64,000 bases of DNA, taken from assembly GCA_051294375.1 (NCBI GenBank), contig CM119270.1, positions 10,932,969 to 10,996,968 on the forward strand. The letters are read 5' to 3'. Source of the DNA: Paraspadella gotoi. Taxonomy: Eukaryota > Animalia > Chaetognatha. This document shows, in pieces, positions 53,590 to 64,000 of the stretch; position 1 is the first letter of the stretch, and every line of letters begins with the position of its first letter. The notes beneath the pieces are model-generated. The model searched no databases and had not been told where the DNA came from. It worked only from the letters and a program-made list of their open reading frames with translations. The translations under genes were made by a program, and so were the position numbers.

Positions 53590-54028
53590 CTCTCCTGTCT
53601 TCTCATTCCTCTCTTATTACTCTGTTTTCTTCCTAACTCAGAAAAACAAAAATACGGAAGTGAATATCTGAAACGAGAAGACGAGAGAGAGATGAGAGAG
53701 AGAGAGAGAGCAGAGAGAGACCTGACGAGAGAGAGAATAGAGAGAGAGAGACGAGACGAGAGCGACGCGACGACACCGAGAAGAAAAAGAACATCGCGGA
53801 GTTTCTTTTTAAAAAGGTACATTTAATGTTTGGTTGGTATGAGGGGGAGGGCGAGGACGAGGGAGAAGGGGGAGGAAGAGGGGAAGAAAAAGATAAGACG
53901 AGAGAGCAAAGAAAGTGGAGGCGGAGAGACGGAAGGAAGATGGAAAAAAGAAGAGTTACGAAAAAGGAATAAAAAAGAAAACAAAAAGAACAAATGAGAA
54001 AAGGAAAAATGACGATATGATTGCACAA

Positions 54029-54071
<43 letters not shown>

Positions 54072-54993
54072 CCAAGAGCTCCCCTTTTTTTTCTTCTTTT
54101 ACCCTCCGAACTCTTACGAAGTCCGTTCACACATTGGTCTGTCCTTTTTCGAGCACGTCCTCCTCATCCTCTTCCTCCTCTCGACCATTAAATCTAAGCC
54201 AGAATTCTCACAACTGATTGACTTCTTTCTATGATGATTAGTCTGAATCCGTCTCCACACATTGTGCTGCTGTCCTGCTTGTGACTACGTTTTCGAGCAC
54301 TGGTTCTTACTTTTTCCGGTCCTCTATTCTCTTCCTCCTCTCTCGACCCATAAATCTAAGCCAGAATTCTCACAACTGATTTGACTTCTTTCTATGATGA
54401 TGATTATGTAGTCGAATGAGCGGAGGGGAGAAGAGAGAGAGAGGCGCGAGAGGGACGAGATGAGAGGATGAGACGAGACGAGATGGAGATCGAGAGGAGA
54501 GAGACTGAGAAGAGAGCNNNNNNNNNNNNNNNNNNNNNNNNNGAGAGAGAGAGAGAGAGAGACTTTTTTTTCATTCAAATTGACTTTTGTTTAACTTCAA
54601 GAGCGACCTCTCTCGCCTCTCGATCTCGACCCGACTGAAAAGTTTTTTTCTTTTCGAATTTTCAAGTGGCTGATGAAACTTGGATGGAAAGAAAGAAGGG
54701 ATAAAATTGCAAGTGGGAAAGAAAGAAGGAAAGAAAGAATTGATGGTAGCGTAGTAAGGTTATTGATGAAATAAGGACATAAAGGCAAAAGAACATAGAA
54801 TTTAAGATAAAATCATTGAGCAAAAAAGAGTTATGTAAATGAAAATTCAAGTTTTTTATTTTTATAAGTAATCTGAAAGAAATAAGTGAATCAGGGAATG
54901 AGGAGAAAGAAAAAAGATTCAAAAATTGTCAAAGACATTTTGCGAAAACAGAAGCTAAATGAACAAAGAATAACAGGAATCAAAATGGAGAAG

Positions 54994-55027
<34 letters not shown>

Positions 55028-55212
55028 AGACAACCGGCAACGAAGAAAAACAAAGAAAAACAAAGAAAAAAAAAGAAGAAAATCTGCTCACGAAACATTC
55101 CTTCCTTTTTCTCGTTCGAAGATTTCTATGATGATTGAATGCTCGCTCTCTCTTTCTTTCACTCTCTCCTCTCTCTCCTCTCTCTCTCTCTCTCTACATC
55201 TATCTCTCTTCT

Positions 55213-55251
<39 letters not shown>

Positions 55252-55330
55252 CTCTCTCTCTCATCTCTCTCTTCTCTCTTCTCGTCCTCTTCTCCTCTCT
55301 CTCTCTGCTCTCTACTCTTTCTTTTATCTT
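52400..55330. repeat. Noisy tandem duplication (>1 kb unit), probably assembly artefact
   Basis: 52500-52690 matches 54065-54240 (partial third copy at 54290-54400), 52880-53460 matches 54600-55140, and 52420-52451 matches 53620-53657. Differences are mostly small indels, and 25-N gaps lie at 52452 and 54518. Confidence 0.8.
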
Positions 55331-58300
55331 TTTTTCTGCATTCTTCTGCTATTATACCTTCTCCATTAGAGGTATACCAAACAGTTAGGACAACGATTGA
55401 CAGCTTGCTTGCCTGAACTCGATTCTATATGTGCGCCAACATTTTCAAAGATGATAACATCGTGACTATTTTAGTAAGAAGAATGAAAACAGGAATTTTG
55501 TTTATTTTCCTTTGGACAGACCGTAAAAGGATTCGCTGTCCTCGCGAATTGAAACGATGTCACGAGGTCACGTGATGACAAAAAAGACAAAGGGAACCGA
55601 AGTCGGTGAAAGTGAAAGAGGATTTTCGGTCCATGANNNNNNNNNNNNNNNNNNNNNNNNNNNNNNNNNNNNNNNNNNNNNNNNNNNNNNNNNNNNNNNN
55701 NNNNNNNNNNNNNNNNNNNNNNNNNNNNNNNNNNNNNNNNNNNNNNNNNNNNNNNNNNNNNNNNNNNNNNNNNNNNNNNNNNNNNNNNNNNNNNNNNNNN
55801 NNNNNNNNNNNNNNNNNNNNNAGAGAGGGAGAAGGTACTTAGTAAATAAGCTGAACATGGGGCAGATTTTAATATGATAATACAAGAGATTGATTCTTGG
55901 ATCGAAAAATGAAGTGGGCGACGCTTCGTTCTTATTCGAAGACGACGACGACGACGACGACGATGAACATGACGACGAAATCGACAACGAAGACAACGAC
56001 AGTTGATGTCAAATACGAAAAACTCATTGACTGACGCAGTTTTCACGAAACGAAATTAATCATAAATTGACCAAATTTTCTCGCTGTCACCAATTTGGAG
56101 AATTCGTATTGTCGCCGGTTCTACGGACGAAGGGCGAAGGCTGAGGTGGGCGAAAGGATTTGATGTCCTTGATACAAAAGAAATCCACGAAAAAAAAAGA
56201 GTGGAGTTGAGATGAGGAGGAAATAAAAGAGTTTAATCCAACATTAGCGTCACCATGGAAACGAGAGAGGCGCGCGTCGAAAGAAATGAGGATCGGGGGG
56301 CGGAATCTCACCTGTCTTTTCTCGCTTTCGAAATCATTCCTTTGTTTTGGANNNNNNNNNNNNNNNNNNNNNNNNNNNNNNNNNNNNNNNNNNNNNNNNN
56401 NNNNNNNNNNNNNNNNNNNNNNNNNNNNNNNNNNNNNNNNNNNNNNNNNNNNNNNNNNNNNNNNNNNNNNNNNNNNNNNNNNNNNNNNNNNNNNNNNNNN
56501 NNNNCTTTCTCCCCCCCTGTTTCTCATTCTTCATTCATTTCCTTTTTTTCCTTTCAATTTACATTCGCTTAGCAACGAGGTGGGATTTTTCAATTCCGTC
56601 GTTCCTCACTTTTCCACCTTCATCTTTCCACCTTCCACCTTCCACCTTCCGCATTCCACCTACGTCGGCGCCTCCACCTTTCGCATTAAATCATCAAAGG
56701 ACTTGAAAGAAAAGGAAAGGAAAGCGCCGTCGTCATCATCGTCGTCGTCGTCGTCGTCGTCTTCATCATCATTTCAATCATCATTATCTTCATTCTCGAA
56801 ATCTTGATGATTTCTGAATAATGAAAAGTTCTAATGAGGAATTAGCCAATTATAAAGCAAAGAGAAAACACGAAGTTGTATGCAATTATTTAAACGAAAA
56901 AAATAAAAAATCAACTTACCCTTTACTCACTCTCTCTCTCTCTCTCTCTCTCTNNNNNNNNNNNNNNNNNNNNNNNNNNNNNNNNNNNNNNNNNNNNNNN
57001 NNNNNNNNNNNNNNNNNNNNNNNNNNNNNNNNNNNNNNNNNNNNNNNNNNNNNNNNNNNNNNNNNNNNNNNNNNNNNNNNNNNNNNNNNNNNNNNNNNNN
57101 NNNNNNNNNNNNNNNNNNNNNNNNNNNNNNNNNNNNNNNCCCTAAAAATTGGTCCCCTGGGGTACTGCTTCAACGGGGATGTCGGTGTCGTCCAGTTGCC
57201 TTATCAATAGAGCGCATTATAGAGCCAGACAAGAATAATTCTTGCAAAATGATAATAATTAGCTATGTGACTTTGACCGGTGATAAAGGACAATTTAATT
57301 TACTGATTGCCACAATATTAACTGTGTTCGGTGTCAATAGTTAATTTCGTCATAATAAGCAGAAAGGCGACTGTCAGCGGGTGGTGGCCGCTTTGATCTA
57401 ACTTCCAAGAAAAACTTTTTGTTTATTTTCTGCTTTCTAACCTTTGTTAAGTAAAGGAAAATAATAAAAATAAACGAATAGAATTCATTTAGAGAAAAAA
57501 AATTTTAATCATGTATTGTATATAGATATATATATATTGTTATAGACATTACAATTTACATCAGTACTTAGGGCCTTTTCCCTCGTTTACATCCGTCTTC
57601 CTCCGGTTTTTCATTTTATCTTCCCGCCATTTTTTAAAAATTTTAATTCGATCTTTTTTGCTCAATTTTTTTTCGGCTATTTCAAAGTTTAACTTTACAA
57701 AGTGTTTGATATTTTGTTTTCGCTAAACTTTTTTCTCGGATCAAAGTAAAACCACAAAAATAATTTTTTTTTGTGTTTCGTTTTGACGAACAAAACTTTT
57801 AAAAATATGTTACCATCATACAGAAAAAATATTCATAGTACTAGCGATAATATGATATAAGTAGTCCTTCCAAACAGACTTGGTCATTTTTCATTGTTGT
57901 GATCGCCAAGTTTCCGTGGATACATAATCGTCATCGTCGCCTTCGTCGGCGTTGAAGTCAAATTCCTTTTAGTCAAATTCATTTGCGTCTTCATCGTTGA
58001 AGGGACCCTCTCTTTGTCTCTTGGGGCCGCGAGAGTTAAAAAAGGGGGTGTGGACGAACAACGGGATTGGAAAGAGGAGAGAGGAAGAAATGGGAGGAGA
58101 GATTTCGTCGGAAAGGAGTCAACGGAAGGAAAAGACAAAAATGTGAAAAAATTTCATAAAATGGTTCGAGAAAGATACACAGATTTTTGCTTAATACTTT
58201 TTCTATTCTGTATTTTGCTATTCTACACTCGCGGCATTAAACCCCTGCTTCACTGGTTATAAACAACCCTTTATTTAAACCTATGAAATTATACTATACT

Positions 58301-59720
58301 AAATTATACTATACCATACTTTACTATACTATGCTTAGGATTTAAATAAAGAACCTTTTTCCTCAGTCCCCATAACCGGCTTAACCCCACTCACCCCTTG
58401 ATTTTCGCCGCATCGCAATTTGTATGGAAGGAGAAAGAAGAGAAAAAACGGGGCCCCTTAAAAATCCCCAAAGAATCAAATGGGTGAAATTTTTGAAAAT
58501 GTTTGTGTGTGTGTGAAAAAATGTCTGTGAGAGAGAGAAAGAGAGAGAGAGAGAGAGTGATAGATATGGGGAGTGAGTGAGTAAGGGTACGAATGAAAGA
58601 ATGAAAATGAGTATACGAGACAGCGATTTGAGACGGGAAAGTTTTTTTTTCGACCTAATTATGTGAAAGTCTCTCTTGAGTCGTAAATTTTATTCAGGGT
58701 AAGTTAGGACGCGATAAAGATTCTTCTCTTTAGATATGACCTTACTGCGTTTCACTCTGGAAGGAAAAGTCGAAATTGAAATGGAATACTTTTGAGTTTT
58801 TTCGAATTTTTTTCTGTTCTAAGCCAAGAGACGGAAAACCCCGCTCATCACTGTGAATTTGTATATTGTTTTCTTGTGACACATTTATTGTTTCCAAATC
58901 TGAAAAATCCTTCCAGAATCAATTTTTGTGAATTTATCTTTTTCCATAAATATTCTTGTTGTGAGTTATGTGTCTATTTTCCCTCTTTCCGCTTTTCTCC
59001 TCTTTAAACCTATATGAAATTAGAACATCCGATCTTATTCTTTATCTCTTTCCAAATATGTGAACTCTCCTCTCTTCCACCCTTTTTTAACCATTCATTC
59101 CCTCACCTCAATGGCATTCGCTGCCCGTTTCTCTGTCCACCTCTTTCCTGAGCTTTTCAGAACCATCTTCATTTTCGGCCCTTTCCATCTTCCCTTACCT
59201 ATTACTCACCCTCCCTCTCGATATTTCGCCGCCATCTTTATTTTCACACTTCTTTTTTGCCTCATCCTATCCTACTCCCTTTCCTCACCCCTCTTTTCGT
59301 AAGCATCTCTCTCCTTCCTCGCTCTCATCCCACTCACTCACCCCTCCCCCCCCCTTTCCTCGGCCTTTCGCGGTCATCGTCGGGTCTTTTGGTCTTTTGG
59401 CACAAAATCCGGATCGAGTTCAAAGACTGGCGCCCTCTGCCCTCTTTGATGGAGCAAAGATTGCGGAGGCAGCGGAGGGGGATTGGTGGGTTGGTGGGAT
59501 TGAAGGTAGGAGTGTGGGCGTTGGTCTTTTTATGAAGGGCGTCGCTGTAGCAAGAGGTAGTGATATGGATATCGGAGAGTCATACTGATGAAATGTATGT
59601 AATGGTTTGTTATTAAAGAACTTCATTAATACGAACGTACAAAAAATAGGGGAACCGTTGGGGACAGAACATTGGAATTGAGGAAACGGCGATGGTGGTG
59701 ATTCTTGGAAGAACCATTTG

Positions 59721-59792
<72 letters not shown>

Positions 59793-59891
59793 AGACCGTT
59801 AGCTTCCCGTCTCAACGGACCATGACCCCGCCACGTGACCTCGCCATTACTGCCACAACCATCAACAGGGACACAAGCGATATAACCGCTC

Positions 59892-59967
<76 letters not shown>

Positions 59968-60113
59968 TTAGCCCTTTGGACATTCGGCGCCGCCGATCCG
60001 GCCGATATAGACGCCGCGGACGACGCTGGCCGCGTCAAAAAATGGCTGCGAAAATCAGCGTCACAGTCCGTGGCGCGCGTCAGACGCCGACACGCTAACG
60101 CTGTGTCGGATTA

Positions 60114-60358
60114 CAAGGTGACACACTACAGCCCGCCGATAAAAAAAATCGTCATTTGCAAACTTGTGAAGATTTTCTTAATCTGAAAGATTTTTTCTGT
60201 AGTAAAAACCTAAAACATTTATTCATCCAAATTTTATTTTTATTGGTTTTGATTTGATTTAGGTTTTTACTACAGAAAAAATCTTTCAGATTAAATAAAT
60301 CTTCACAAGATTGCAAATGACGATTTTTTTTAGCGGCGGGCTGTCGTGTGCCATCTTG
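60114..60358. mobile_element. MITE with ~100-bp terminal inverted repeats and TA target-site duplication (Tc1/mariner-like)
   Basis: TA|CAAGGTGACACACTACAGCCCGCCG...TAGTAAAAACCTAAA is mirrored by TTTAGGTTTTTACTA...CGGCGGGCTGTCGTGTGCCATCTTG|TA with only a few mismatches. The spacer is a short AT-rich stretch with no ORF. Confidence 0.85.
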
Positions 60359-60889
60359 TATGTTGAGGTCAACAGCGATGACGATGTCGACAATACAAAA
60401 ATTACAACTTCAGTACAAGCGATGTCTGTGGCGACGATGAAGAGGACGACGACGACGACGTCGCCGGGGAAAAAAGTCCAAAGGACCAAACGAGGAATGA
60501 CACTCGAAGCTCGAGGGAAAAATTGGCGTAGAAAGGATCGACTTTAATTTGAATCCGTCGTCTTTGTCGATGTTAGACAACATCAAGGTTTTGTTGTAAA
60601 AAATGAAATAATTTAAATAGAATTTAATTCACGTCACATGTCTCCTTTTGAGAATTAACTCTTTGCATCCATCTTCACCAACGTCAAATAAAAAATCCTC
60701 CATTTCTTCATTTTCTTTTTCTCATAAACAAAACTCATCCGCTGTCGCCGTTTCGTTTTCTTTGTTGCGGTCGAAGCGGCACCTGCTGCCGCTTCTGCTG
60801 TTGCAGTCACTGCCGCATCGAAGGCTACACCAGAAGGGCAAAGATCAGAGCAACAAATCATCGATGGGTGCGAGGGGTGGACGGAAGGG

Positions 60890-60920
<31 letters not shown>

Positions 60921-61024
60921 GAGGAGAGGAGAGAGAGAAGAGAGAGAGAGAGAAGAGAGAGAGAGAGACGAGAGATAGGAAGGAAATCAAAAAGGGAGGA
61001 AGAATCGATATTCAGAGTTTTTAA

Positions 61025-61131
61025 GTAAAAAAGAGAAGAATTTGTAACTATTAAAGGAAAGGAAACAGTATAGATTGTAAAAAAGAGAAGAATTAGTAAC
61101 TATTAAAGGAAAGGAAACAGTATAGATTGTA
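61025..61131. repeat. 52-bp tandem duplication
   Basis: GTAAAAAAGAGAAGAATTWGTAACTATTAAAGGAAAGGAAACAGTATAGATT twice. Confidence 0.9.
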
Positions 61132-61509
61132 TACAAGAAGAAAAGAAAATAAAAAAAAAGAGAAAGGAAAGAAATGAGAAAAAAGAAAAGGAAAAGGGAT
61201 TAGCCTTTCGGTCCGGCGCATAAATCCCTGGCGGCTTCAAGCGTCGGCACCGCCATCTCTTTAGCCTCTTTAGCCTCTGAGCTTCTTCGTCTCTTTCGTC
61301 AACGACAAGACTCCATCCCGATAGAACAATGAGGACTTTCACCGGATTTTCTTGTCATTGACTCCAGTCTTGCATTTTCTGTACGTTTCTGCATTTAATG
61401 GATAACAGAAGCATCTTGCTGGAATCTGATACATTTTCGTTGAAGGATGAGCGCCATAATTACTAGTAGAGAGGATCACAATTTCACAGGAAGCGAAAAA
61501 AGAGAGATT

Positions 61510-61627
<118 letters not shown>

Positions 61628-63045
61628 TCCGGCGCGTCTCGGCGGCATCGCTTCCCGCGCCTCGGCGTCGACCGCGGCGTCCCGTCGGAATTCCGGCGAA
61701 ACGCCGAAACGGGTCTCGCTTCGGAAAAAATCTGAAATCGCTGAGATTTTTATTCTTTTTCAAATGGCATCCGGGGGAACAATAACCAAAACTATGGAGC
61801 CCTTGAGGGAGTGTATAAGGAGAGGGGGCGATGGGGAAAGAGAAAAGAGGGGGAGGGAGACAGAGGTGGAACTGTCTGCGAACAGGGGTGGAACACTGGA
61901 GAGATGGTGGAAATTGGTGGTACAAGGTGAAAGCACAAAAAGAATTATATCAAGTCGTTTTGAGGAGAAGACTGTATTTTAGGAATTTATTTATACTACT
62001 ACTGTTGTTTTTAATCTATATGATTTCTAAAGAAAAAAGCGCATGATTTTTTAAAGGGATATGGTATATATTTAAAGATCAAATGATATTTATTTAAGAC
62101 GTTTTTCGTTAAATATCGCGAGCGCGAATTTTGGTGGAGGGATAATAAATAAAATTCAGAGTTGCTGAGAAAACGCGGGTATCAGCAGATTCGGTAGCAG
62201 ATGCGGCAACTGATGCAGCAGCAGAAAAGATTAATTGTTGAATAAATGGTAAAACATTTATGGGAAACAGTTTCCTCAATTTTTTTTCTATTGCTTTCTA
62301 ATTGTCTCATTTTTGTTTTTTAATCACAACATTAAAACAAATTAAGAAATTAACCAAATAATTTTCAGATGAATGACATGAAACGACGCATGAGAGAGAG
62401 AGTGAGAGAGACAGCGCACAGAACCAAGAGAAACAGTATGACCCCAAAAAAGGCGCTATAATTCTTTATAAAATAAAGCAATATTTGGAAATATCAGCAC
62501 AAAGGTCATTAAATTGCCAAACGATGATATGATGATGATATAGTTAAAATGATCATCCTAAACAACGCTAATAAAAGAAAACATAACAGAGATACAGGAA
62601 AGACCTCAACAATAAAGGGATGAGCTTTCTCACAAATTCTCAAGTACAGAAGCAGTGTGAACAAGTGAAGAAAGCAAAGCGATTACAAAGAAGCACACTC
62701 GGGAACAGACCGGGGGGGGTCATTGAACGAGGCTCTCGAGGGGCGAAGGCTGTTTACAGCCTGTGGGCAGCGAAGGGGCAAAGACGCAAATCCCCTTCTC
62801 AGGATATAACGGCGTGCGGTCTTCATTTTCCTTGACCGGCCGACCCCGGCCGAAACCGACCGCCCCGACGGATCTGACCGGCGAGTCGGCCGATTGGCCG
62901 GCGGACTCCCTTCCTCCGGCTGGATTTTTTTCCGGACGAATGTGTCCGGCATTGTCTGTCTCAAACGGGACGAGAGAAGAAAGGGAGATAGAGGAAGAAA
63001 GAAAATAAAGAAGATTGGGAAGGACGAAGATTTTGGAGGGGGAGA

Positions 63046-63153
<108 letters not shown>

Positions 63154-63489
63154 AAACACTATAGTCTAATAACAGGTTTTCCTCTCGCGCGACCTTACCT
63201 TTTTTTTCTCGAGAGACACAAACCTCGCCTCACTTTCCTCGTTAACCCACGAAGTGGCGACGAAGCAAATGGTGGAGCCTAGGGTGGTTGACTCATAGAC
63301 GCCACCGTTGCACCAGTTAGCACCACCAACGCCATCTGCGCCACCTCATGCACAAACTGATGCTGTCGACTAACCTTTGGCAGTGGCAAGTGACCACCTT
63401 CCATCTCGATTCTCATAATTTAAAACATAGACGTCGTCGCAAATACTTTAAACTGCTATACATCACTTAAACTTGAAATTTCTTTATAT

Positions 63490-63761
63490 TAAAAAGATAC
63501 TGTGGCAGCAAGACTTAAAGCTGCCTCACTGCTGTCCGTCCTCAGCCTCGTCTCAATGGCTGAGCAGGCTAAATCATCTCATTCCTTCCGTGCGTCCCGG
63601 GTTCAATCCCTGGGTATCCCGGTTCTGGCTTAAATGTGACGGTGCCGGTATAAACATGCCAGTGACAGGAGGCGGTCACTGAGGGTCCGCAGCCCCTACG
63701 CCAGTTGGTGAGATACCCCGCGCCCCGGGTATCACAGGCTATCCTCCCGTTGCCATAATAC
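63490..63761 (+). mobile_element. Structured interspersed repeat, copy 2
   Basis: Homologous to 48105-48382(-). It also has A-box-like TGGCTGAGCAGG (63557) and B-box-like GGTTCAATCC (~63600). Confidence 0.6.
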
Positions 63762-64000
63762 ATTGATTAGAAGGTGGACAAAGTAAATTTAAACAAATGT
63801 ACGCTGCGCGTCGTGTGCACCCTCTCACCAAGGCAGACGACCTTACAAAACTTTCTCGAAAAGAACCTTCCCTTACCTTAACCCGCCACTGCGCACCACG
63901 GACAAACAACATTATGGGCTCGTCAAGCAGTGTAGAATACATAAACTGATCTCCTCAACCAACCACGCGGTCGGACCTGGCGGCCACGCTTCTCCTTTCC

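Overview
Eukaryotic draft-assembly window. It is AT-rich, saturated with (GA)n, (AAAG)n and (GAC)n microsatellites, and has many N gaps; the protein found is of protostome/arthropod type. The only firmly recognisable gene is Nuclear Factor I (NFI/CTF) on the + strand. Three GT-AG-bounded exons (33963-34118, 45171-45353, 48541-48733; 532 nt together) splice in frame to the complete DNA-binding/dimerisation domain. The start exon and C-terminal exons were not identified. Almost all entries in the ORF track are microsatellite or gap artefacts. Non-coding structure includes a TA-flanked 245-bp MITE (60114-60358), a foldback array of a 16-bp unit (1.8-2.3 kb), and a Penelope-type minimal hammerhead ribozyme inside a 170-bp inverted repeat (28.9-29.1 kb). 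There are also two diverged ~275-bp copies of a structured element with compensatory base changes (48.1 and 63.5 kb), a hairpin-dense + strand segment (18.4-18.7 kb), and DINE-1/HINE-like remnants. Several noisy duplications beside 25-N gaps are probably long-read gap-filling artefacts.
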